64,000 nt of DNA from assembly GCA_046563655.1 (NCBI GenBank), contig CM102285.1:14756001-14820000 (forward strand), in the 5' to 3' direction. The DNA comes from Yuukianura sp. NJ FZ-2021. Lineage: Eukaryota. This document shows positions 1 through 13,051 of the stretch, one piece after another (the stretch's first letter is position 1; each line of letters starts with the position of its first letter). Under the pieces are notes generated by a model. The model had not been told where the DNA came from and ran no database searches. It saw only the letters and a program-made list of their open reading frames with translations. The position numbers and the translations under genes are program-made.

Positions 1-527
1 TAGCCTTGCTTCGATTCGATGCTGATGACCCCTTGGGGTTGAAAGTAGTTCAAGGTCAAGGACAGGAAGAGGTCACTGCTCCAGCTCCAGGTCAGAATCA
101 AGACGCCACCATTTCAGAAATCGCTGAAACTTCGAGTTGCAGCGAAGATGCATTGACAATTGACTTACCAGCGACATCCAACACAATCGAACTCGAAATC
201 GAATCTGATTCGCTGAAACAGGCCCCGCCTCCTGCTGAAGCTCCGCCTCCCAAAGAGCGAAAATCAGTCAAAGTCAAAGTAAAACCAAGGATTCCTCGAG
301 TTCCGGGTGGTGGAGGTTAGAAATTCTAAGAATTTTGCGAAATTTTTAAAAACTTTTGTTAAATTTTTTTTTTAAGTTGTGAATAATTTATTTAACTTTT
401 TTTTATATAATGCTTGTGCTTTCATAAATTTAAAAGATTTTTGTCATTTGTAGGCCCTTTGCCGCGTGGTGCTGGTGACAGTCAAGTGCAAGGAGTTGAT
501 GAAATAGAAATTGAAATTTCCTGTTGA
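1..527 (+). CDS. 3' end of an unidentified gene (acidic/Pro-rich tail); exons <1-316 and 454-527
   Basis: Open frame from the window edge. Donor GAG|GTTAGA at 317 and acceptor TTTGTAG at 453 join in frame to GPLPRGAGD...EISC*. AATAAA at 605. The frame could instead stop at TAG 318-320. Confidence 0.5.
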
Positions 528-938
528 TTGATCAGAAGAAGAGTAGTTCTGGACGTGTAAGTTTTTGTGGTTTTAGATGAGAAGCGTATTGAAAGTGGCG
601 TTTTAATAAAGTTTTAAAGTTTTGTTTTTTAAGTTTCTTCAGGCTGGAATTGGAATTTTTTAAAAAGGAGTCTTAGTTTTGAAAGGCAATGATCAAGAAA
701 GTTAGGAGTTTTCAAGAATTTTAAAAATTTCAAAATTGACCCATTTGGCCAGAGTTTTCTCTCTTTACCGCAAATTCTCCAGAATTTTCATCTTTTGGCC
801 AAAAAGTGTCAAGGATTTTCATATTCTTCTTGTTTTTACTGAAAATTGTGAAGGACTTTCGTGTCTCGGCCGAAAATTCTCCACAATTTTGATCTTTTGA
901 CCCAAAATCTTCCATGATTTTGTCTCTTTGACGAACTT

Positions 939-3900
939 TTACTTGTAGAGTCCAAATTTTGAAGTTTTTGTTCTAGGTTTTCTCGAAGTTGGAAAAGGAT
1001 TGAACGCAGTAGCTCGACTTCTGTGGAACGATTTTGATTTGAAAGCTGCATCTTCTCCAGACGACGATTCTCCAGAAGATTCTCCAGAAATGTTTTCCTC
1101 GTCTTCAATTCCTTTCAGTTTTAATCTCCGTAGAATTTCCAAATTTTCTCGAATGAGGCTTGTAATTTCATCTGTCGATTCGATCATTCGAGAAACTGAA
1201 ATAACTTCGCCTGGACCGTGACAGAGATCGTCATTCGGTCCACCAATTTGGTCACTCTCAACTTCTTCCGTGTTATCTTCATTCCCAGTTCCGGAATCCG
1301 AAACTTCACGAACCGACGGCGTTGAACCGAACGTTGTCGTTTCGGAATTGTCGGTACAAGGAGACTGGGGACGACTCAAGTTATGACTTGCCGGACTCAG
1401 CGAACCGGTTGACGAAACCGGTATCGGAAAGTGTTCGTGAAACGATAGAATTGGACTGATTGGGCTTGGCAGGGGTGACATGACCGGAATCTTGGCAGTA
1501 TCGTCACGTTCCGTCAAATGTGTCAAAAGTGTTAAATTTTGAAATTGGAGTTGACATATTCTCTGACTCAAATTTTCATAAAAGTTGTCATCAATTTGTC
1601 CATCGGTGGTCATTCCATATGATTTCCGAAGTTGATCAATTCTGGACAGTTCGTCCAAAAAGTACTGGCTGTCTGAAGCATCCAGCGGTTTCGAACCGGT
1701 ACCGATACCGGAATTCTCTGTCAGCATCAGCAGTTCGGCTTCCGTTTCTTCAAACGACAGAGACCGAGTTGGAGTCGGCGTTATAATGATATCTGGCGGT
1801 TTTGATATGATTTTGGTTGGTACCGGACGCGAACCGGACCCGTCCGGTACGTCACTGTCTTTGTCACTTTCGTCATCTGTGTCACAGAGTTCGGTTGACG
1901 ACGACGATGTCGTCATTGACGACGCTGACGGTCGCCGTTTCCGAACTTTCTTGGGTTTCTTTTGAGTCTTGTCCCACGTGAGCGTCACTTGTTGAGTACC
2001 GGTTTGAGCCGAACCGGTACTTTTTGAATTGGAACTCATTCTCCTAAGTTTGGGTTTCGGTTTGGGGGAATGTCCGGTACTGCGTTTCAATTGGTGGGTT
2101 GGGAGTGAAGTGCGTTGAACTGCTTTGGGTTTGGGTTTTGGCGGGGTTTCTAAACTTTTTAAAATAATTGTGGTGTTGCGTTGTCGGTGTCGAATGGCGG
2201 CGTAATGGCGTTTGAGGGCGTCCAGCTCTTTTTTGGGCAGGAAAAAAGATTTGGCTAAGTTTTCGGGATTGCGATGTCGCTCTCGGAGTTCTTTAAGTCC
2301 CGGATATGGAAACGAACCCAAGCTGACGATACACTAAAAACGAATTAGTTGAAATTAATTAATTTATATTAGAAATTAATCTTTTCTTATTATATTTTCA
2401 GAAAAAGTTACCTTGACCAGAGCATTTGGTTCGAGTAGCCCGAATTCAATCATTTCCCGCGTAACCACGCCCATGACGGAGTAGAACTCGTCAGTGGTTT
2501 GAACGGAAAGAACCCGCCTAAGTTTCAAAAATTCAAAGGTCAAAAGTCAAAATACAAAGGTCACAGGTCAAAATACTAAGGTAAAAAGTCAAAATCAAAC
2601 GGCAAAATGTCAAAATCCACATGTAAATGGTCAAAATTTTAACGCCAAAGGTAAAAATCAAAATTTGAAAGCGAAAGTTCAAAGTGCGAAGGTCAAAGGT
2701 CACTATTCAAAAATCAATGGTCAAAGGTCAAAATTTGAAAACCAAGCGTCAAAATGATTGAAAAGTTGACTAACGTTTCTATTGCTGCCCACAGAACTAA
2801 AGCTGCCCTGAGAAGAACTTCTGAGCCTTCCAAGAGTAGGAGATCCCAAATCTAGAAAGCACAAGCATTTTCAAATTTTGCAGGGAAAGGTCAAAGGTCA
2901 AAGGTCAATTGTTACCCGGAGGACACTGGAGTTTGGGAGGCAGTGAATGAACAAGGTCAGGAACCAGTGCATGGTGAAGACGTCTGTGAGTGGTGGTGAG
3001 TCGTCCCTCTTCTGGAGTCGACTCAGATGAGCATGCAGTGTTGGTTTCCTGTTTTTCAAAATATTGCGAAACACGGCCATGTCCACAGCCAATCCACGCA
3101 GTCCTTGACTAAAATACCCTGGGGCCAAATTCAAAAGCAAAGTTAATCCAAAGTTAAGCCTGATCTTGACCCGTCAAAAAGTGTTCTGGATGTACCTTCT
3201 GGCAAAACGCCATCGATGACGAAGATCAGAATTTTGAGAGTGAGCTTGCTGTCTCCAGCGGTCATTTGGAGCAAAGTGGCTCCAATCATGTTGAGTCCTT
3301 GGCAGTATCCGACGTCTCCGTTCCAGCGGGCAAACGCCAGCAACACTTCCTTCAAAACGGCCTGCTTCTGACCACTGAACCCCACACATCCAGTTCGATG
3401 AAGATCCTACCATAAAATCATTCCAATTACCGTAAAACTTCTAATAAACGCCTGGTCTCAACAAATGCCTGGGCTAAAACTTGGCAATTTGGGTAAACGC
3501 CGGTGAAAAAGTTAAGAATTTGACGCCCGGGGTGAAAATCTGGGGATGGATAAAATATTTCTTCCACCTACATCAAAATTGGTGGAAGTGTCCACTTATA
3601 TCCATTTTATCCAGCCATTTCTTCCGGATAAAACCGGATTAAATATATTATCTACTGGATATCCACTGGACGAAACGTCGTAAAAGTGGATATCAAGCAA
3701 CACTGGGATTTGAGTGAACGCCTGGGGTAAAATTAGGAATTTGAGTAAACGCCCGGGCGTTTATGGAAGTTTTACGGTAAGTTCAAAATAGGTTTAACTT
3801 AAAGTAGGTTAAGTTTTGTTTTAAAGTTGTTAGATTTTAATGAAAGTTTCTACTTACTTTGGCAATTTGTTCTCCTATTTCCTGGTCCCTGGAATTGGGT

Positions 3901-4724
3901 TGCACCACTCGGCGCTGAATTTTGTCCCAAGTGATGTCATTTTGTGATAACCAGCGATCAGCCAGGTTCTCCCAAAGCTGTTTTAAAAATTAATCAACTC
4001 ATGTTCTCATATCTTCTCTTTCAAAATTCATAAACTTCAACTTTTAGGTTGAAGTTTGGCTTAAGATTAGGCTTAAGTTTGGCTTAAGGTTAAGTTTCAG
4101 GCTTAAAGTTAGGTTGATGAAAGTGGTACATAAATTATAGACTCTCAGTTTTATGACGAGCGCACTTTGGAAAATTACAATTGCATAGAGGGAGCTATAT
4201 GAGTCAAAGTTAGGCCTAACTTATACCCTTTTTAGTCTAACTTATAGTCTTTTTAGCCTCCATTATTATAGTCTTTTTAGTCTTTTCGCAAAAAGTGACT
4301 CACCCGAAGTCTGAATTCGTTTGGCAGGCCTCCAGGGAGCCTGGCCACCATTCGCATGGCGTCACGCCACTGTGCAAACCCAGACTCCATGCAACTGTCC
4401 CTCATGATCGGTAGGTGCAACGATGGAGAGCCTTGAAAAATTCAAAATTTCAGATTTTCAAAATTTCAAAAAAAAAATTTCGTGAAGCACTAACTGTTGC
4501 AAAAATTTTCTGAAACTGAGGAATAACATGCGGTTTTGGTTCTACTTTGACCTGGTTTGAATCCAATGTCTGTGGAGTGACCTACATTGGCATTTTTTGG
4601 ACGTTTGTCACTCACCTGTTGCTCGACTGCTGGAAATTCCAAGGTCCCTCGAGTGTTGTGGTGACCCTAGCAACAGCGTAGGTGACGATGCCAAAGTCTT
4701 GAGTGAACTGATGAGGTCAGTCAT
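939..4724 (-). CDS. TBC1D30: TBC-domain Rab GTPase-activating protein, TBC1D30-like, multi-exon; start codon uncertain
   Basis: Exons encode QWRDAMRMVARLPGGLPNEFR, IAKDLHRTGC, FARWNGDVGYCQGLNMI and TDVFTMHWFLTLF (TBC Arg- and Gln-finger motifs), followed by a long Ser/Thr-rich terminal exon at ~939-2334. Confidence 0.85.
3428..3779. mobile_element. MITE with TA-CCGTAAAACTT termini (Tc2/pogo-like), inside a TBC intron
   Basis: TACCGTAAAACTTCTAATAAACGCC ... GGCGTTTATGGAAGTTTTACGGTA inverted termini flanked by TA. Internal ~33-bp subrepeats are interrupted by unrelated sequence at ~3547-3707. Confidence 0.8.
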
Positions 4725-5681
4725 CGTTACCGTGACAACGGTAGAAGTTGACCACACGAACCTTGGCTAAGACACACACTTCCTCTTACTGAGGTCACGC
4801 ACGACCACAACTCTGGAAGTTGAGCCCAATTTGGCCCAATTGTATAATTTTAAGTCAGGAGTTGACTAACGTTGTGGTCACAAGTTGATTCATGGAGGTC
4901 ACACGTCAAAGTCAACGAAAAAGTGGAGCTGGAAGTTCCATCTGGATAAAAACTGAAACCAAATGTACTTTCCGACTAAAAAGAAGACTAAAAGTTCCTG
5001 GATGGATTTAAAACTCGAAGAGACTGCCAGTCGACAGAGTCCGAGTCCTCTTTTTTGTGTAATTTCCTGGAGGGGCTCCACTTTCTCTCTCAACTAAAAC
5101 TTTCTCCTCACTTTCACCACACAAACATGCCTGGAATTCCTGGATTCCGGTGTAAATCCGGCTCAAACCGGTTCTTTCTAGGCTTCTAGGAGTCTAGTTT
5201 CTAGATTGACCTCGAACTGACCTTTGACCTTTCCCTCGCCCACTTTCTCCTAAACCCATCTTATGTTATGGTTAACCTCCTCCCGCCCACAGGTACATCA
5301 AAACACTTTGACACCCGACTCTTTTCTATCTACTGTCCGAATTCTTCAAATTTTCAGCCACTTTCTCCTGTTTTTGCAAAATTTTTAGGAAAAAAACTAT
5401 GTTTTTTTTTAATTCTTGGTAGGATCTCAAATCGCATCAAAGTACAGTAGTGCCTAATTAATAAAAATGCTTTTCAAAATTTCGATTTCTGATTTCAAAA
5501 AAAAAAATCATTTTTTGTCAAATTTGTTGTTGCCATGGTTCCATTTATCCATTTTGCAGTCCAAGCTCAAAACTAAATCGTATTCTTCAATTACCTTGAA
5601 CAATGAAGCGTTAAATTGAATTTGAATAATATAGAGAAATTTAATTGGTTTAAAAGTTTGACATAAAGGAAAAAGTGAGTA

Positions 5682-6811
5682 ATGTCCCAAACCGGAGTGA
5701 TTGACCTGGACGATGAAGAGGATGAGGATGACGTGACCTCTACTTTGCATGTCACCGTGAGCGGCGGTCGTCCGGCTCCCAAAAGAGACGTTTACGTCAA
5801 AATGCCGGTGGGAAAGGGCGCCCAGGAGCCGAATTTAGTTCCTCTCAGCAAAATTGAAGAAGTGAAGGACGTTGCAGAGGAAGTGGCCAGTAGACAAACC
5901 AACAATTTCAAACAATTTAAAAAAAGTTCAAAATTTTAAAAATTCAACTTTGTTTCTAAAAGTTTTTTGGTCGAACTAGGTCGAAATATGTTCAAAAGTC
6001 TGCGCGGAGTGTACCGCCTCTATGCAATCGATGCTCTGTTTATCGTCGAAACGAAACTGGACAACATTCCTTTCGGTATGGACTTCAAAATTCCAAAAGG
6101 TCAAAGGTCAAAGGTCAATGACCTTTAAATTTAAATTTTAGACGTGGCGGGAAGTGGTGACCTTGGATTTGAGCTGATCAACCAAGTGGGGCATGCCATT
6201 TACTATGCCACTGGAAAGCGACATCACCCGCTATGTCACCCTCTCTTTGGCCACAAAACGTACCAAGTCACCGTGTTCGACTTTGACGGCATCCCGGTCT
6301 GCGTTTTTGACATGGACAAGGCAATTTGCAAATACGTAAGGTCAAAGGTCAAAGTAAAAGGTCAAAGTTCAAAGGTCATTGACTTTTTTTTAAATCTTTG
6401 TCACAGACTGTTCGGATCCACTCGCCAGCAGGCAAATTCGGTTCGATCCGCTCTTCCGGCTGCACTTTACGCTCCGCCTTTTTCCGAATTCGGAACAAGC
6501 ATTTGCGAACGGACTTTTTGGCGTACCCTCTTCAGTTGACGAGGTCATGGAGGTCAATGGGGGTGCCCCACGAGTATGTGGTGATGGGCGTGACATCGGA
6601 GGCCAAAGTGGCCCACATTGGGAAGGACTGGCCACTGGACACGTTCCCCATCGTGGCCAAGAGAGCAGTCAATCGCAAAGGGAGGATGTACGGAGTTGTG
6701 TTTGAAGATCATCTCATGATGTTCCAGAAGTTGAACATCATAGCACTCTGTTTTGCTATCAAATTTATTAGACAAGACTTTGACAAGCCAAATAGCACAC
6801 TTGACCTTTGA
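5682..6811 (+). CDS. Divergent phospholipid scramblase-like protein (4 exons)
   Basis: In-frame GT-AG joins. The C-terminal KVAHIGKDW...YGVVFEDHLMMFQKLNIIALCFAIKF resembles the scramblase/Tubby-like C-terminal strand-helix pattern. Confidence 0.6.
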
Positions 6812-8003
6812 CATTTCACTTTTTCAAAGAAAAAGTTCAAATTCCGGAGTCCTTTTGTTACTTTTTGAAAATCCTTGAGAGTGGGTCTTCAAAGACTTTT
6901 TTAATTAAATTAACAACGTCTTATCTCCGTGTATGATCTTTTTTAGAAAGTGAAAATAGAAAACGAGTCTAAGATTTTGAATTGTCAACAAATTTTGAAA
7001 TGCCACTTTTTAAAATGCAATCAAAAATATTCGGTTTTATTTTTCAACTAAAATGTCACGGCGTTCTTCCAAACAGTAATTTTATAAATGCTTCTGTGCT
7101 TTCAAAATTTTGGTTGACGTTAACAAACTTTTGTTGTATTGTTACTTTATACTTTTTTTTTGTGGATATAATCAAATTTTGGGAAAAAATTTGAAATTGT
7201 AAAAAATGAGTTAAAAATTTTCAAAACTGTAAGGTGAGAAGGAAAACTTGTCAAAAGTGAGAACAAATAAAAAAAAATTCTCTCTTCAAAATTTTTGAAA
7301 ACATTTGTAACTTTCTTGTTACAAAAAGTTGGTTGCGATAAAGTACAAACTTTCTTCTTGGAAATGAAACTTTTTCTGTCATTTGTTGTTATTTTGTATC
7401 GTTCCATTTTGGTAAAATATGGAATGACATGAAAATATTTCTGTAGTGAGTCCGTCCAAGCATGACCTGTCACTTAATCCTTGTCAGACGAAGAGAGGGA
7501 AAGTTTGAATGAACAAAAAATGCTAAAACTTCGTCTGTCTCGAAAAAGTGAAAGTCTTTTTTGTCATGAATTAGGCAAAGCAGGCAACTGTGACAGCCAA
7601 AGTCATTTGTTATGAAAATCTTTTTCGTTTTCTTCATTTTCAGTTTTTTTTTAAGTCTCCACTTTCTCCGTTTCTGTCTTATTTGGTGTTATTGATGTTT
7701 TACAAAAACGGATTTCGTTTCGACTCAAACAAAGCAGAATCGGATCACGTTTCACTGCCTTTTCCTTTTTGCCTGTCGAAATCTAAACTCAACTTTATTT
7801 TTCAAAATATTTTTTCATTTTGCAGTTTTCCTTGAAAACATTTTCAACCAAAGTGTACTACTATGGTTGCGTCAAATCAAATTCCAAAACTTTCTTTTAG
7901 AAATTCTGAAAAACTTTGAATGAAGTAAGGCTTCCCTGAAAAGCGTAAATTTTGATTTTTGAGAAATCGAAATGTCAAATTTTTGAAAATGGGAGTTTGA
8001 AAA

Positions 8004-8233
8004 ATTTATATGGCTGTGGGTACAACTGGGAAGGTTTAGTTTTCATCAACCAAAAAATTTTTGTTTTTTTTTCTTTATGCTTTGGAGGTCACTCCAGGGT
8101 GAAATGGACTTCTGTTAAAATTTTTACATGGCTGCGGGTACAATTTGGATGGTTTGCTTCACTTCAACCAAAAAAAAACTTTATTTTTAGCATTTTTTTT
8201 TGTTGTGAAGGTCACTCCGGAGTGAAATGGACG
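8004..8233. repeat. Two-copy ~120-bp direct repeat
   Basis: ATGGCTG(T/C)GGGTACAA...GGTCACTCC..GTGAAATGGAC occurs twice in tandem. Confidence 0.75.
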
Positions 8234-8616
8234 TCCGAAATGAGAAACCGGGCAGCTTAAGCAAACAAAGACGCGGGAAAGCTTGGTTTTTTCGAACGTC
8301 AAGATAAAATGTCATAAAAACCTTGGTGGTCGCTTTTCGCTTTCACGTTAGTCAATTCACCAAAAAAAAATTTTTGAAACGTGTTTTTTTTTGAAAACTC
8401 ATAAAAGTGGCGAAAGCGAGGAAACTTAATCCGATTGGAGCTTTTAAAAAAGTTCAAATAAAAATCTAAAGTGGATCGCTTTGTTGGGTTGCCCTTTTAG
8501 AAACGGAATGAAAACTCCCGCCTTTATTTACTTTTCGGTGCTCCAAACTCAACAACACATTTATTATTATTTTTTCAAAATTCCCACCAAAAATTTCAAA
8601 AATGGAATCTCCTTTT

Positions 8617-11015
8617 TTATACTTCGTCCGTCTCTTGTTGGAAAAACTGTCGTCTAGTTCTTCTTAGCTTTGACTCTCTTCCGAACTGGTGGTTGTAAAA
8701 GTCGCGGCGCATGAGTGATTCGAGTGTTGAGCAGCGTAAACACAGTATTTCCTGGAAAGGACGCCGAAAATCACGATTCAGCGTCGCGTAAATGACTGGA
8801 TTCAGCGCCGAATTTGCATAACCTAGCCATAGAAACAACGATGACACCCAATCGGGAATGGTAAACTCTGCAAAAAAGTAAGGTCAAAGGTCAAAATTTT
8901 GAAAATTAAAAGTCAAAAATTTTAAACTGAGTACCGTAAATCGTCCCAAATGGCCTCAGGAGCGCCAAAACGAAAAACGGGAGCCAACATACCGTAAATG
9001 CTGTCATAATTATTCCTAGAGTTGCTGATGCTTTGTGATCACGAAGACTTAAACCTGGTTTTGCTGTTTCAAAAAATTTAAAACAAAATTTAAAAAAAAA
9101 ATTTTTTTTTTTGTGAATTTTTGTATTTTTTGAACTTTTGTTGAGTAAAGCCTGGTTCACACCTTTTCTGAAGCTGAGTGATTTTGACTCCGTCAAATCT
9201 GGATGGGCGTCGTGAAAAATTTCGGTGCGTGGTTTGTTTTTGAGTGAATTCGTGACATGTCCATTGTCGATTGACACGATTGTCTTGACCTTGACCTTGG
9301 CAGTGAGTGACTGTGATGAAGACTGATGGTGGAGCAGGGGAACTGGCTTCCAGTTCATCCCCTTCTTCTTGTCACCAACGACACGCAGAATTTTGAAGTA
9401 GAGAACAATCATTACGACAAGAGGAACGTAGAAGGAGACCATTGTTGCGTAAATTTGATACCTAAAGTACAACAAAATCCAATTTTGAAAATTTTCCAGT
9501 TCAACCAATTTCAGAAACGAAAAAGAAAAAACTTCAAAGTCATTTTTTTTTACAAAATGCAAACAAAATTTCTTAACTGGAAGTAACTCCCAAGAGACTT
9601 GATGGAAATAACTCAAGAAGATCCTATTAACCAGCAACCACATCAAATGTAACGCTGACATTCGCGAAAAAAAAAAATCGGCGTTCGGTTAAACTTTATT
9701 TTATCCGCGTCGCTAAAAATTGACGCCGAAAACAAGTTTACTTTAACTATAAGAAGAATCACCGAACAATGAAGGATATTTAAACTTTAAGCAAGTAAAA
9801 TCTTAGCGACTGAAAAGAATCATTTTCAAATGGCAGTCACCTTAACCTCAACGATTTTTCATTTTTCAAATTTCGGAGTTGATGAATTATGAACAAAATT
9901 TTTGAAAAAAACTGAATTTTTTTTTGAAAACTTACCAAAAATTTTGAGAGACAGTGCAAATGTGTATGGTGGGATCGTTTGGATCCAAGTGCTCATTGCC
10001 TAGGAGGAACAAGGGGGGCAATGTGACACAAGCACTGCCCAACCACACGCACAAAACAATACGCAACATGCGTCTGGGTGACGCTTTGACGGAGTAGTTC
10101 AGTGGAGAAGTGATTGCTTGGTAACGGTCAACTGAAATCCCGCACAAATTCAAAATCGACGCAGTGCAGCACAAAACGTCCGCTGAAAAAAAAATCCACA
10201 GTCGAATTGTAAAATTTCACAAAGAAAAAAAGATTCAAACATAATGTAATGGTGGTTGCCACTTTAGGTTGGATTAAAGTGGCTACTTAAGTTGCCATTC
10301 AGATGTAGCCACCAGTTGTAGCAACTTTTATGGTGGAGTGGCTACGATATGTGGCAATATATATTGCCACTACGGCTTAGGGTAGCGTAAAGTGGCTGCT
10401 TATGTTGCCACTCAGATGTAGCCGCTAAAAATTGCAGCTACAAGGATGGTCGTTAATCCTTACTTCAATCAAAATTTGGCAAATTTCGTTGTCAAATGTA
10501 AACGCCAATCAGATTTTAGTAATCGAAAACTTGCGACGAATTTCGGTTAGGTTCAAAAGTTGGACAATGGAATGTGTCGTTTTGACAAATGTTGACTTTC
10601 ATTTTTGAAATTTTAAAATTTCTTCAAAAATGTCCTCACCTGAAACCCACATTGAACAAAGTTCTGAAGAGAATGGCCAGACGTTGCCATAGATTTCGTT
10701 GACAATGGCCAGGGGCATGACAGTCAAGGCCACAAGTAAGTCCGAAGTGGCCAGAGACACTAGCAAGTAGTTCTGTGGCCGACGTAACTTCCGGACTAAA
10801 ACTACTGCCAAGCACACCAAAATGTTGCCAACCATTGTCACCACAATGAGAACACTCAGCATCAGCACTAGCACGGCCAGTCCTGGACTGACCTCTGGCC
10901 AGGGGTCATCTGAGGTCAAGAGGTCAAGGTCATCCACCCCAGAGTCATTTACACTCAAGTTTCTACCAAAAGTGTCCCAAATCAGAATCGGCTCAAAAAA
11001 AGTAGAATTGGCCAT
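8617..11015 (-). CDS. 5-HT7: Serotonin receptor, 5-HT7 type (class A GPCR), ~5 exons
   Basis: [27 protein letters not shown], the amine-binding Asp in [22 protein letters not shown] and [20 protein letters not shown], which is typical of arthropod 5-HT7. Confidence 0.9.
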
Positions 11016-13051
11016 TCCGAATGAACTTTCGTGTTGACACTTTTAAGTTTTTAGGCTAAAGTGAAGTTACTTTGAATTTTGAAGTTGACAATGTCAATTT
11101 CATGTCAACTTGACATGACCTCGATGCTGAAGTGTCCCAGAGGAGCAGATCAGCGCTGTTCCCCCATGGATGAAGTGGATTCGCCAACTAAACTCTCCAA
11201 CTCCAGAGATTTCCAGAACGAGATTCCTGATCTCCAGATTTCTTAAGAGCAGCACATTTTTTGCAAAAATTGAAGAAAAAAATTCAGGGGAATCACATTA
11301 CACAAAGTGTGTGAGAAAGTATGGAATCGATTTGGAAAACAACTTGCAAAAAACACAAATTTTTGGGAAAAAGAAGAAGTTTTGAATGAGACTTTTTTGT
11401 AAGTTAACTGGATCACTTTTTTTCAAATTGCGAAATCGAAATCCCATTTCTGACTCATCTGCAAGCATCTGCGAAGAAGTAATGAAAATCAGTCCATTCT
11501 GTGCATAGTACTAAGAATTTTGTAGTTAGTATCAAAATGTGGTTCAAAATTTGCACAAGTTTGAGCTAATTGGAGCACAATTTAAAGCAAAACATGCTCA
11601 ATTTGGAATTAATTTGACAAGCCACGCCCCCTTTTAAGTCGTGCAAAAACATTATGAGTTTAGGAATTTTTTTGTCAATTCCACTTCCTCATTGCTTCGT
11701 CTTCCCTCCGTTTGAAAAGTTTCGAAAACTGTTTCAAAAAACACACAAACTTCCAGTTCGCTTCATTGTGCATGGTGTATTCCACATTCCCGTTTTTCAT
11801 TTTTGTAACTTTTGGTGCTTTCTCCGACTTTCCTTTTTGAGTCTATTCATAAAAACGTTAAGCCAATTTGCCAAAACGTGCTGATTTTTGGATTAGGAAT
11901 GATTAGGAAAGAAGTCTGTATTTTTTTTTTATAAAAGTGAAAGTGAGAGACAGGCTTAATTGAGTTTTCATTTCGTGAGGAGAATACGAATGAGAAGCTT
12001 TAACGCCCAGAAAGAGAGGAAGTGAAAGCGGAAAATTCTTTTCCTGGGCCACTCCTACACTTTCTACACAAAGTTTTGTTCAAGTGACCTTTGACCTGGC
12101 AGAATTTTTGAAATAATTAACTCATTTTAACCGTGTAATATTAATAATTAAATGAAAGTTCAAGTAAAATATTTTCGTCTTCATAAGAAAGTGTTTGTCT
12201 CAGAATTGGCGTCGTTTTCAATTTTGAATTTTTTCAAGGGCGCGAAATGTTCCATTTTGAAAAAGTTTAGTTTCTTTGTCATTTGTATTCTCTTTTTGTC
12301 CGTTTGTAGCTCGTCGCTAGCTTGTCTCTGTCATTTAGTTAATTAAAGGTAAGTAAATTAATGGTAATTGACATAACTAATTAATAGTAATTAACATCTT
12401 GCAAAAAGTTAACTTTAGCTTGGTTTTCAGGGTAAGGAATATGAAGTTTCGTGTCACAGGAAGAGGAACGAGACTGTCACTGTCATAGAGTCTACGGTCA
12501 GGCTAGAATTTCCAGAGATTAACTAACGTTTCAATTACGTTTCACAAGTTTGCGAGAAAATTATGTACGGGGTCACTGACTTGGATGCATCGGTGGAGAT
12601 AAGCAGCATGAATGCACATGTTGGACTCTGTCAGGATGTCCATGGACCACCACCATGTCCACCTTCCACAGTAATAGATGATTTTCCAGTGTTCTACCTC
12701 GGGGTTCAACGTAAGTAAAATGTTACCATGAAGTGGCTCTGGCTCATCTTATGCATCTCCAGTCGCGATTCTCCAGAACTGATACCCAGGCCGGTGAGGT
12801 TTGATGTCGATAGGAGAGACGAGACAAGTGCGTGAGTCATTGTGTTTGTACTAGAATTCAAAACCAGCTTCAAACTAAAGTGCTAAATTATCATTTAGCC
12901 TCAATAGTTAACCTTGTTTGTTTATAGACCCAATGCAGTTATGATTCCTACTGTTGTGGCTGTGGTGTTTGTGGTGTGGTGCAGTTGCTGGAGTTGGGTT
13001 CAGTGCTTCATTGCATTCCTAGCAGTACAAAAGGACGAAGACGCTGCAGAA

